Positions 1 through 12,030 of a stretch of DNA of 64,000 nt are shown here, piece after piece. How positions within the stretch are numbered: the stretch's first letter is position 1; every line of letters begins with the position of its first letter. The notes beneath the pieces are model-generated. The model did not search any database. It was not told the origin of the DNA and was given only the letters and a program-made list of their open reading frames with translations. This stretch comes from Torpedo marmorata (taxonomy: Eukaryota), in the NCBI GenBank assembly GCA_977017645.1, contig OZ360238.1, positions 72,168,001-72,232,000 of the forward strand. The letters are read 5' to 3'. Both the position numbers and the translations under genes were made by a program.

Positions 1-147
1 CCTCCGAGATAGTGACTCCCAAGAACTTCAACTTGCTCACCCTCTCCACCTCTGATCCCCCAATTACCACTGGATCATACACATCTGGTTTTCCCTTCCT
101 GAAGTCAACAATCAGCTCCTTGGTTTTGGTGACATTGAGTGTGAGGT
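1..147 (-). mobile_element. Rex1/Babar-like LINE fragment (RT C-terminal part), cut by window edge
   Basis: Close match to 50714-50860; minus strand reads NVTKTKELIVDFRKGK...VERVSKLKFLGVTISE. Confidence 0.8.
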
Positions 148-329
148 TCCCTAAACTTGCCAGCCTTACCCTTCACCCTCACATGCAATGCCTGAACTCT
201 TGCCATCTCACTGTTAAAACTCTCCCACTTTCCAGCCACACTTTTACTTGCAAACATCATCTCTCAATCAACTACTGAGAGTTTCCACCTCAATATTGGC
301 CTTGCTTCAATTTAGGACTGTAAATTGTG

Positions 330-650
330 GACCTGACCGATCTTTCTCCATAACAATTTTAAAACTAATGGAGCTATGGTCACTGGTTCCCTATCCTGTT
401 CCCTAAGAGGATGTCCAGTGTTGCACCCTCTCCATCAGCACCCAAATATATTGCTTTAGAATGCTTTCTTGGACAGTCTTAACAAATTCCATCCCATCTA
501 AGCAAATGGATGATCCAGTAAATATCAGGGAAGTTAAATCTCCCAGCAATACTACCTTATTATTCTTACAGCTATCTGCAATCTTGTTACACAATTAATC
601 CTTCAAATCCTACTGACTATTGGGGGGGGGGGTGGGGGGGGGAACTATAG
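330..650 (-). mobile_element. Degraded CR1 endonuclease-region fragment
   Basis: Minus ORF NNKVVLLGD...MEFVKTVQESILKQYI parallels HKVVIIGDFN...MEFVKCVQESFLNQYI of the CR1 at 40.3-44.8 kb. Confidence 0.7.
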
Positions 651-965
651 TACATTCCCATCAAAACTTTCATTTCTTTCTTGTGTCTATGTTCTACTCA
701 TATGAACTCACTGGACGATCTCCCAAGAAGATCCTCTCTCATCAAAAGAGGAACATTTCCCACCAACCACCCCCCCCCCCCTTCCCCCTACCTCCTCTCT
801 TCCCTGCATCTCTGTCAAGTCTGTAGCATCTGCAGCCTGGAACACTGAGCACTTCTTGCACTTTCTCAGCCATGTTTATGTCCATAGTAACCCAGTCCCC
901 CATTAGATTTGGGTGTCGCCATGAGAGGGAAAATGTTATCTAATTCTTGTTAGTGTGAAGAAAGG

Positions 966-1252
966 GGGGGAAACATGATAGGCTACAGACGCTGTGATTG
1001 TAGTAAAAACACCGAAAAGCTGGAGGAACTCAGCTGGTCTATTCAGCATCTATAGGAGACAAAGATATATTGATGACGTTTCAGGCCTGAGCCCTTCTTC
1101 AAGGAAAAATCAGAAAAGGCAGAAATCAGAAAATGCCTTCTCTGATTTTTCCTTGAAGAAGGGCTCAGGCCCGAAATGTCGGCAATATATCTTTGTCTCC
1201 TATGGATGCTGAATAGACCAGCTGAGTTCCTCCAGCATTTCGGTGTTTTTAC
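966..1252. mobile_element. Palindromic Penelope pLTR-derived insertion
   Basis: 121-bp inverted arms (1001-1121 / 1134-1254) homologous to the Penelope 3' end at 48065-48190; 15-bp direct repeat tagtgtgaagaaagg at 951-965 and 1253-1267. Confidence 0.8.
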
Positions 1253-4200
1253 TAGTGTGAAGAAAGGAACCAGAGGAAAAAAAACACATAGGGCAGCAAT
1301 GTCCAACATGTCATTCAATTTAGAAAGTCAAGAAAAAAATGCAAGGAAGCAAATAATAATATTTAAAGAATTTTCTTCACGTTTTAATGATGAGGAAATG
1401 GGTTTGATTAATTTGTTCATATTGTTAGGCCCTGTTGTTAACAAAAGAATAATGGGTTATGATCTGAGTGTAACACAGGTTGTTACCTACCCTCTCAAGT
1501 GGCATTTTAGTGACTTTTTGATAACATATGTTCATTAAAATTATAGCTTTTTCCTGAGAAAATTATAATTTTTGAGCTGTAAAATAAAGTGATGTGACAA
1601 TTTTAAACTCAGGACTGTATAATTACACGCCGAGAGACATAATGAAAATAGCATTTACAGCTCTTCACCTGTCTGAAAAGAAGAACAAAATATTCAAACT
1701 TTTATCAAACTCAAGCTTCCTTTATATCACTTTTAATTCAGTTTCTTGCTTTCTAATCATCATAAGAGCATCCTGCAGCCAAGAAGTTTGGAGAGCTAGC
1801 ACTCTGAGCCGCTCCATGGCCACAGACAATGCACCTCTCTCTAATCTGAAAGGAGATTTTTATTACAGGGAATGGCTTGATTACACTCACAGGGAGACAC
1901 CTTTGCCATCATAGAGAACTCTATCCAGTGGATTTCCTACAAATCCATTAACCTGGTCCATTGGGTGAGAACAATGAACAGCAAGTGAGACTTAAAATCA
2001 TCTTCAGTAAAGATGTTTTATGTCAATAATTTCCCACTATCTAAACAGCAAAAATGTAATAAATAAATACAGTTTTGATTTTTTTGGTAAATTTTCCATT
2101 GTACACCAAATATAACTCCTCATTATAATTTCAAAGAATATTGTTCTCACAGTATTTTTGGGAGAACGTTACCAGCAACAGGAAATGCCATTTTCCATTC
2201 AAGAAGATTTTTCCAAAAAGTGGAAGATCTGTGTTCAATTCTTGTTTGGTGACTTGAGAATCTGTGAAGGCTACTAAAATGGTCATAGTAGGAAGACCAT
2301 TAGGTACATGAGGAGAAGTATAGACAGGCTTGCTTTCCTTGACGATGATATGGTCAGGCCTGCCTGAAGTATGAATGTGTGAATGGATGGTCTCGGTTAT
2401 AACGTTTGACCAGCCTGACCTTGCCTCCCCATTCCTCCGGCCATGATTTAAAAACTTTCTACCATCTCTTAGAACTTTCAAACTAATCACAATCATTTGG
2501 AAGAGGAACAAGAAATATTAACCATCTGAACAACCGATACCATTATGGGTTGGGGTATTCTGAGAACTGTGTTGGGCCATTCTGTTATTGGTTCTGCCTT
2601 AACATCTTGTTCTACATTGAGAGTGTGCTGTCTTGTATTTCTTTTGGAGGCTGGGATTTGAGGATGTGTGGATTAGAGGAGAGGGGTGGGAGATTTACAC
2701 ATAACATACATTTACACACACATATTCAGGTTGGTTGTATGGCCATGGTGGGATGATTGGGAGATGGATATGGAAGTGGTTTGAGGAGGGAGGTCAGTTA
2801 TCAGAGCTCTGCAATTTCAAAGGTGGGGTTTGGAAATAGATCAGGAAGAAATGGGGAGGGGGGAATATTGGTGGGGACAGTTCTGAGGAAATGTTAATGG
2901 GGATGGAATCAGTACAGATAATTCCTTTTGGATGGAGGGTTAAGAGTTGGAGATGGGGGTTTGGATATGTGATTCAGATAATTAAAGGCTTGAGCATTGG
3001 GTTGGAGATGACAGAGATGGTTTAGTAGGGTGTCAGTGCAAGATGGGGAGGTGGGCACAACAGATCAGAGTAAGTATTTCACTGAGCTGATAGGCAATGA
3101 TTGAAGAGATCAGGTTGTTGCAAGAGTTACTAACTACAAACTATCCAAGGACAGCACAGTCCAAGTTCCTCCAGTTATCCAAAAGCAACGTGGCATAGGG
3201 AAAGATCTCATCTCATGTATCCAATACAGACATTCAGATGCAAGAGTGACTTGTATCTTAAGCATTTAGTCAAATTATGAAAGTGCATGACAAAGATAGT
3301 GTTATGCAATTGATTTCCAGACATTGATGCTTTCAGGAATGGCAGCAAAAATTGATGTACAAGCAACTTTGATAAATCCTGAGGGAAAATAGACAGTTCT
3401 TAAGGGGTTAACTGTCATGTTCTGGATTTAACTGTTACTTATTATTGTAGTCTCTCATTACAAATTCATAGCAGATAACATTTTAATGAAAACAATATAT
3501 AATCAATCTTTATTGCCAGGGTCTATACAAGTTTTATGGCATACATCTTAAATTACCCTGATTCATTCAGAGTCCACTTATAAATGTTCACTGTGAACTC
3601 TTCCCCTTTGAATGTAAAAGTATCCTGATCATAAAGACTGGGTGTAAGTTTGTGTTTAGAATGTTGCTCAATGTTTCTTAAAACCAAGATGAAATGCAAC
3701 AAAAAATGGTGAACTTAGTCATCGGTATTTACATTACTAAGTTTTGTTCCTTGGCCCTAAAAAATCCAAATAATGATATAATACCACAGAAATTTATTTC
3801 AATTGATTAAATTTAACTGTATGATGAGTGAAAATGTGTATCAAATAGTTAACTAAAAGCTGTCTGTTGACTGGTGCTCAACTTGATTTGCAGTCCAATT
3901 GTTGCTGACACTCAAACCACTAAACAGCATATGTGTCAAGTTTCATCAGTTCCTAGCCAGGCCACTAAGTGAGAAAACTGGCACTGCTCCTCATATCTTC
4001 GTACCTTTACATCATGCTGGCAAAATGACAGAGCTGTGCCAGTGCTTGCAGCCCATATGTCCATCTTCCCAAATCATAGCAGAATGGGGCTAAGAGGTGT
4101 TAAAAGAAACAGATTTTCAATAAAATTGCAGGCAGCATTTATTTTTTTTTGTAGAAGTAGAATCAAATCCTCAGAATAGTGTTGCCTGCCATGTATGATT

Positions 4201-5748
4201 TGATTTGAAGTCGCTAACTATCAGAAGTAACTGGATAAATGCAAAAGCGAGATTAGATTAAACTTGGCATTTCAGTTCCTTGTTTTCGATTTCCAACCAG
4301 AATTTCCTAGTTTAACTTCAACATTCCTTCTTGCACAGGCCATGGCCAATTAAATTATAACACTCTGAACCTTATTTGGTGCAATATATTGTGTGACAGA
4401 ATCAACTTCACAGAGATGCTCCATATTTGTGGTTAAATTTTTTGAAACATTGTAACATCCATGATGTTGACTTTAGCAGGCAAAAAATAAAATTTCCTTG
4501 TTCAGTATCCTGACCCTCTTGACCAATTTACAAACTGAAATCCTTGGTCTATTTTTGTTCAGATGTTTTCAGCAATTAGATGACCCTGAGCAGAGGTTTA
4601 TCATTATATCAGATGCCCAGTACAAGAATATATTTAATCTTTAATATGTTCTTTCTATCTTTTTTAATGTGAAGAAACCTCTTTAGAACATGGGTATGTA
4701 AGGATATGATCCTATCCAACACTGTTGAGGAATTTCAATATCACTGCGAAAGTGGTGTTTGTGGAAATGTTTTAACCTAATGTGGCCTGGTTGACCATAA
4801 TGAAAGAACAGAAGGATAAGATGCACATTAGTCTTTTAGCTTAATGCATTGCAGCTGTGTTCTTGCATATATTACTGACTTATTTTCTGCTTCCAAAATG
4901 ATGGTGTGCTCCTTTAAGGAGGATTGGTTTTTTCCTTTTAGCTGATGTCCATTAAAATCTGAAAAGCCATGTGTTAACATATAATGTAAAATATTTGTGC
5001 ATTATTAAACATTAGTAAGCTTAGCTTAGATCTTTGATCTTCTTATATTTACAATATCTTTTTGAAGCATAGCTACAATAAATAGTTACAACAGTCAATA
5101 CATTTCTAAAGCAGCAAAACAAATCAGATTTAAAAAGTATTGTTTCAATTAACCTAAAAAAAAACTGCCTTTCTTTTGCCAAAAGCCTTAGTTTTTGTTG
5201 AAATTTTTAGATACTCTATCTTGATTAGAAGGTCACTAACAATTCATTCATTTATCATTTCAATATTATACCTGGCATACTCCTGACAAAAATCATAAAT
5301 TAACACATAGATATTCACATTGGATAAATGTTTTAAATTGTATTAGCTAAGCATAAACTGATATAAAATGATGTAAAACTGACACAGGCATCGGGAATAA
5401 TTTAGTGTGGCTTCTTTGTTCAGAATTGCAAATATTAATAATCAACAGAAAAAGAAGCAAAAGCCCAAGTGTTAAACTTCTGTTTTCTGCAGTGTTGACA
5501 AAAAGGTGAACGTTTTTATTTGATGGTTGGAAATTAAGGCCAGGCTGTTTTATCTGTGTGTGTGTAAAACTGGTATTTAATCATTTTATTCTTTTTATTT
5601 CCATAGTCAAGAAATAGAGCTGTGAAGCCAATGGAATATTAAATCTAAAGAGTTGTTGTTATTTTGTAATGAAATTATATTTACATTTCTGTGCATTGCT
5701 AAAATCCTATACAGACTTAACAGAACCTTTTTGTTTTGTACATTAGGA

Positions 5749-7918
5749 ATGGAGGAAGCAAGTTTGTGCCTTGGTGTATCTTCAGCAGTGCCTGAAGCTG
5801 ATGTCCAGCTTAACAAACCAGTACTAAATGGCCAGTATCCAATAACCCAGAAACTGCATCAGTTGACAACACAACTGGGACATGCCTTTCCAGATCTCCA
5901 GAGCAGACAAAATCCAGAGGAGAAAGCAGCAATTGGACTAGAGGAAAAACGTCACCCAACAGTGGCCAACCAGCCAATCAGTAATCAAATGACCCTGCTG
6001 GCAAATCAGCTGAATACAGACATTGATGCTAATTTAGGTATGAATGGGAGAGTTGATTTACAGCACTTCTTAAATGGACAGAACCTGGGGATAATTTCAC
6101 AGATGAATGGCACAGAAGACGATGCAAAAAAATCGAGGAAGTACCCGTGCCCCATTTGTGGTAAGCGCTTTCGGTTTAACAGCATTTTGTCTCTCCACAT
6201 GCGCACTCACACTGGGGAGAAGCCATTCAAATGTCCTTACTGTGATCACAGGGCAGCTCAGAAAGGTAACTTGAAGATTCATCTCCGCACTCACAAACTT
6301 GGGAATCTTGGAAAAGGTCGTGGGCGGGTCAGAGAAGAAAATAGGCTTCTGCACGAGCTGGAGGAGAGGGCCATCCTGAGGGACAAACAGATGAAGGGCG
6401 GCCTTGGCCAGCCAAGGCCTGATGGGAAACAACATCAGGCTGTGATTAGCTCCAGCAGCTTGCCTTTACCAGCCAGTCAGAGCATCTCTGATGCCTCCAA
6501 TGCAATTAGCAGCTCCAAGCCAGCAGGTACACAGGAAGAACCAGCAGTGACTGCCGTGGGATTCAGGTGCACCTTTTGCAAGGGGAAGTTTAAGAAACGT
6601 GAGGAGCTGGACCGTCATATCCGAATCCTCCACAAACCTTACAAGTGCACTCTTTGCGAGTTTGCTGCCTCACAGGAGGAAGACTTGATCAGTCACGTGG
6701 AAAAAGCACACATAACCGCTGAGTCCGTGCCAGGTCAAGGGTCAAGTGGAAATGGAGAGCAAACCAGCAATGAATTTCGCTGTGAGGTCTGTGGCCAGGT
6801 CTTTAGCCAGGCTTGGTTCCTGAAAGGTCACATGCGAAAGCACAAGGATTCTTTTGAACACAGCTGTCAGATCTGTGGACGACGATTCAAGGAGCCCTGG
6901 TTTCTCAAAAACCACATGAAAGTCCATCTCAACAAACTGGCTGTAAAGAACAAGTCTCAGAATGACCCAGAAGTTCCCGAGAGTCTAAACAATATGGTGC
7001 AAAACTCCCACTCGAATGTGTATTCAGCATATGTATCTTGTTTACAGAGTGGTTTTTTATCACCTGATAAATTGAGCTTAAACGAACAAAGCCAACTTCA
7101 TTATAATAAAGCAGAAATGGCGAGGAAGGAAAAGGAAATGCTTGGAAAGCTATTAGTGCCTGTGAGCAGTGGAACACGCGGTTTAGTGGAAGGAGACAAG
7201 CGCTCCTTGCTGGGATGTTTGACCCTGGCACCTCCTTTAAAGGCGAGCTGCATGGAACGTTTGCAGGCAGTAGCCCGTGTGGCCGAGTTTGATCCGGTAA
7301 ACAGCTACCAGGCCTGGCAGCTGGTGACAAGAGGAATGGTCATGGAGCAGGCTGCTCTACCTAAGAAGCACCTGCATCCAGGTCAGGAAGAAAATCTGCC
7401 CAGTGCAGTTGCCAGTGTTGACAAGGACAAAGGAGAATTTGTCTTTGCAGCTGGAGACAAATCAAAACAGGAACTAGATGGGGACCTGATTCAAAGCCCT
7501 AAAAGAACCAACATTAATGACATTTCTGGTAAAGATGATCTAATGGGAAGCAGGGAATTCATGGCACAAGGAATGAATCAAGGCCTGGAATATAAAATTG
7601 CTGGATTAGGACAAAACCATGGAACAATGAAAGAAAAGCCCACTGAATGCCCAGACTGCGGTCGAGTGTTTCGAACCTATCATCAAGTCGTTGTTCATTC
7701 CAGAGTGCATAAGAAGGGAAGGAAACCTGGAGATGAAGTTGTCCAGGGTGCTTTAGATGAACGGCGTGGCTCTGGAAGTGACCAAGATTCCCAGTCTGTG
7801 AGCAGATCAACCACACCTGGATCAGCCAATGTAACAGAGGATAACATGACTGCAGGCAGCTTCTCTGTGACAGGAAGTACACAGGAAGATAGTCCAAACC
7901 CATCATCTCCGTCTTCAG
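5749..7918 (+). CDS. ZNF536: Zinc finger protein 536, first coding exon (partial CDS, 723 codons + 1 nt)
   Basis: Starts MEEASLCLGVSSA, the recognisable ZNF536 N-terminus; seven C2H2 fingers (CPICGKRFRFNSILSLHMRTH, CPYCDHRAAQKGNLKIHLRTH, CTFC, CTLC, CEVC, CQIC, CPDCGRVFRTYHQVVVHSRVH); acceptor ...tacattAG at 5745-5746; donor CAG|GTAACA after 7918. ORF-track extensions 5653-5748 and 7919-8013 are read as mostly intronic. Confidence 0.96.
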
Positions 7919-10900
7919 GTAACAGAAGCATGCTTTTCCCCATTCCCATTTTAAACACTAAAATTACTAGTCTAGGAAAATGTTCAAATATATTTGAGAT
8001 TGGAGTTTTGTGACTAAATATTTATCAAGTAAGCTTAAAGCATACTGTTTTTCTAATAACATATAATCTGTGAGCTGCTGGCACTCGTCCATGCACACAG
8101 ACAATTCAGAATTTCTTCAACACTTCTTCACGGAGCTTAGTCAACCATTCAAGAGAATTATCTACCTTGATTATTTTGTTTCCTTCTTACCCCATTTCCT
8201 TTCTCATGCAATTTAAAATAAAATCACCAATGGCCAATTATCTTACAAAACTGGGGAGCTGAATTTCTTGAAGAAAGTATAAGATGTGCATGTGTTTCTC
8301 TTGAGTATAATAAATGTTCAGATTTCTATTTGATTTAAAAGATATTGAATTCTTGTATATTTACAGCAGGCAGCATTTATAATTCATAATATAGATTTTC
8401 TATATATTTTCTTAAACTCATTATCCATTCAGACATCAGTGAAAAAGTATGGGAACTTAAGTTAAAGGTTTTCTTTTAAGTCAAAGTATTTACCCAAGTC
8501 AGAGACTAATAGATGTTTTTGGTTATGTGAATATGTCACTGTAAATATAGAAATCAAAATGGAGACCTTGCTTAGGTTGAGCATTTTGTTTATAATGCAG
8601 CATTTCTTGTGATCTTTATGCTGCTTTTCTGTTCCTCAATGTGTCCTGTGATGTCATGAAAGGAAAGGCTTGCGGTTGCGGTGGAACATAATATAGGAAC
8701 ATTTTATTTTTTTTATGCTGCCTTACATTCTGGCAGAGCCAAGAATTAGTACAAACGATTCTTGCCATGCAGTAAGTGCTGAAATTGATCTGCCAAAGTG
8801 CAGTGGAACCCAGACTATACCACTCTCAACCTTGTTGGTTGATCACAGTGGGAAAGAAAATTGGGTGCAATGTAAGTAAAGTTGCTGATTCACCTTCATG
8901 CTGTCAACAAAAAACAATTTCATGAAAATATATTTACACACATTTATTCTGAAGTTATGAGCTTGTCTACTTTTGTGTTGTGTGCCGAGATGGTTCGATG
9001 AGGTTTCATTGGGCGTGTGAGCACGATGGTGGGGGGTGGGGGGGGGGGGGGGTGTGGTTGGTCAAGTCTGGAACAGTTGCGATGTGGAATTCTTCACATT
9101 TACGTGCCCCATAATCGATGGGCAGGGGCTGCTGCTTTGCAGGATGTGACAAGCCCTGCAAATGCTATCTCCTTGGCTCTGTTTTATGGCTATCCTGTCT
9201 CCACTTCTCTTATTAGGTCTTTGTATGGTAATTTAGCTTTGCCCATGCAGCATTTTGGTTAGAGTCTGTAGCTATAAGTGGATTTTCTGTCACACTGACA
9301 TAATTCTTATCCAGGTGATAGTGGTGAAGAAAAATGTCACTGGTGGCACCACTGATGGTGCTATATAGAGATAGAAGTTCTTGTTGACAATACTTATCTG
9401 AAAAAATTTAGCCAAATGTCATGGCAATGCAGGAGACCTAATTAGGCCACTACTGTGATCACAAAATGAAGAAAACATTGCACAAAGAAATAGGAGATAA
9501 TGACAGAATAACACAATAAGTGCATGGAATTCATCACTTTTGTTTAGTTCCTCCTTAAACTAACATAATATCTGCATAATATCTGCATGAAGTGTTTTCC
9601 TGCTTGAATGAATATGGCACCAGTTTATATAGAAATCTTGACAAAGAAATAGTTTAAAAAAATCCAGTGTGCACATTCCACAGATGCTTACAGTACTTAA
9701 TGCTGTTGTTCAAATACCCATGAAATATGCCGGTTAGTCCCTGGGTTGTGGTCCAATTTGCAACTGATTACTTGTAAGTCATTTTATGAAATGCTAGCTG
9801 AAAGAAAACTGGAGCAGAGCAAATGAATAAACTGTTCAACATAAGACAGTGTCCTTGATCAAACATGGCTGGAAGGAGTAATGCTGTCTTGTGATTCAGT
9901 TTGACAGTATTTTATGTTAATTATTAACCTGCATATTCTGTTAATAAAAAGGATAATAGTGTAAATTGTCACTGATTGGTGTGTTGTCTGCTGAAACATA
10001 TACCAATTTTCACATTTGATTTAAACATGCTTTGTTAATGTAATAGTTTTGAATGGTTTATATTTAGCTTTTTAGGTAAGCTTTAGAATCAACTCTAAAA
10101 TCCTAGTTTTTTTTTTACCTTGATTCCACAACAGAAAACTAGATTCGGGAGTTATTTTAATTTGATGATTTAGGATGAGATAGGATGACATCAATGCAGT
10201 GTTGATGTCATTACATTCTGTGAAATGCTGGAGGACAGAGTTATAAAAAACGATTCCATTGTTATTGGAGGATGATTTCCTTATTTTGGTTTCTTCCAGT
10301 TGTGGGTAACTCTGCAGTTACAAGGAATTGAAGGTAAGGATGTGAATGTGCTTGACTCCTTGGGCCTGATGTCCCAGTCAGCTGTTACCCTTTTCTCTCC
10401 ACTTCATTCCAGACAAACGCTTCCTAATTTTGCCACATTCCCCCCAAGTTCCTGCAGCAAGTAGATATCATCAGTACACGCTGAAGACAACATTAGTGCT
10501 AATGCAATTTCTTATCATTTCACAGGTGTTTGTCATGGAAACTATTGCCCTATGTTTGAGTGGGGCTGGATGTGAAGCATGCTCAATGGACCATGCCCAA
10601 TGAAAAGGGAGATATAAGGCACAGTCCTGGGATTGATCTGGATAATTGGTGGGATGGCAGGGAAGGTGGAGGGGTAATATAAAACAAATGAAAATATGCA
10701 GAATTCAGATTCAATCATTGTGGAGGTACTCAAGATAAACTCCAATCTCTTTCGTAGTTAGAAGGAAGCTACCAGAAAGTCTTGTGGTTGCTCATCATGA
10801 ACCATTCACTCCTTATCCCTTCCACTGCCCCACCCCATGTTATCAGCCTGAGGCTAAGACCCAGTCTTTTCCTAGTTTCTCACTCAACCAGATACCTTCT

Positions 10901-12030
10901 GCATTCAGTTCTCCAAATGGGTCTGAAGGATCCCAGTGTTGCTAAAATCATTGGTAGCAGAGGTTGTCCACTAGTTCAAAGGTTCTGAGAATCCAAGCTT
11001 CAATGGGACTCAAAGGTGCAGCTAACAATTCTCTTGAATGGTGCAGGAGGTGGTGGGAAGGTCGGAGATTGCCATACCTCTCCCCTAGTATGGCCATCTT
11101 CCAACCAGAAAACCAAGTAAATTCTGAAAACACAAGCCGATTACTAGGTCAGATGAACTGGCCTATCACGAACAGGAACAATGATCCTCTCCTTGCTGCT
11201 TCTCAGAGTTTCATTTTAATAGTGCAGGAAGTTGGATGTATGCTGATCCATTAATACCTTTCAGAAGCACGGGTAACAACTTGAAAATGATGAAGTAATT
11301 ATATCAAGCCGTACAAATATCTAAGAGACTGCGAAAGAAGGTGTACACTCTTTCTTGTACACACACTTTTGGACACCACAGCAGGTAGTTTCATTTACAT
11401 TGTGAGCATGTTGCAGAAGTATTGGAAGCATTGCCACATTTGAGACAGTTCAAGATATTTGTTGTTATGAGATGAACAGTACAGTGAATAGAACAAATAA
11501 AACCATCAGTTCTTCAGCTCTGTTTATTTGTAACTTTCCTTTCCTAAATGTGGCCACTGAACAGTTTAACAAAACTTAATTCATTTTAAAATACCCTTTT
11601 TTGACATTGATGTTTAAGCATAGAAGAATACCTATTAAAATAGACTGCTTTGATTGAGGATAACTGGGGTTAGAGATAGAATCAAATAGTTATGAGTAAA
11701 ATTGTGTATGCAACATGCAGGAAAAGCAGCTTGCTCTGAAGGTGAAAAGGATGAATGGATCAATGTGCATGTAAAATGGCATCAATATACAAGACTACAT
11801 CTGTACTGGGATTTTTTTTAGCTGAAAATTATGACTTTGAGTTTGAATAGTAGTGGATTTCATGTGGTAGCAATAAGGGAAAAACTTGGATTATCGTGGA
11901 TACCAAAGTTGCAAGAGATATTTCAGTTAGATGATCACATTACTAATGATCTATTTCAGTTTCTTCTTTAGCTCCATAATGTTTCTCACTCAACCCAGGC
12001 AATACATTGAGCAATCAAAGTTCCACAATT

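Noticed and set aside
5653-5748. N-terminal extension of ZNF536 in the ORF track
   Set aside because: Non-ATG start, low-complexity intronic sequence, and a splice acceptor 2 nt before the recognised ATG
7919-8320. Read-through terminal exon ending at 8013 with AATAAA near 8217 and 8308
   Set aside because: Similarity to ZNF536 ends at a good donor, and AATAAA is common in AT-rich introns; no support without 3'-end data
9029-9053. G-tracts as functional G-quadruplexes (also ~622-642 and ~45374-45408)
   Set aside because: Simple homopolymer runs with no other support
10520-11260. Possible exon or ancient LINE remnant (also ~2110-2520 and ~34270-34800)
   Set aside because: Looks like decayed repeat sequence, but I found no motif clear enough to assign
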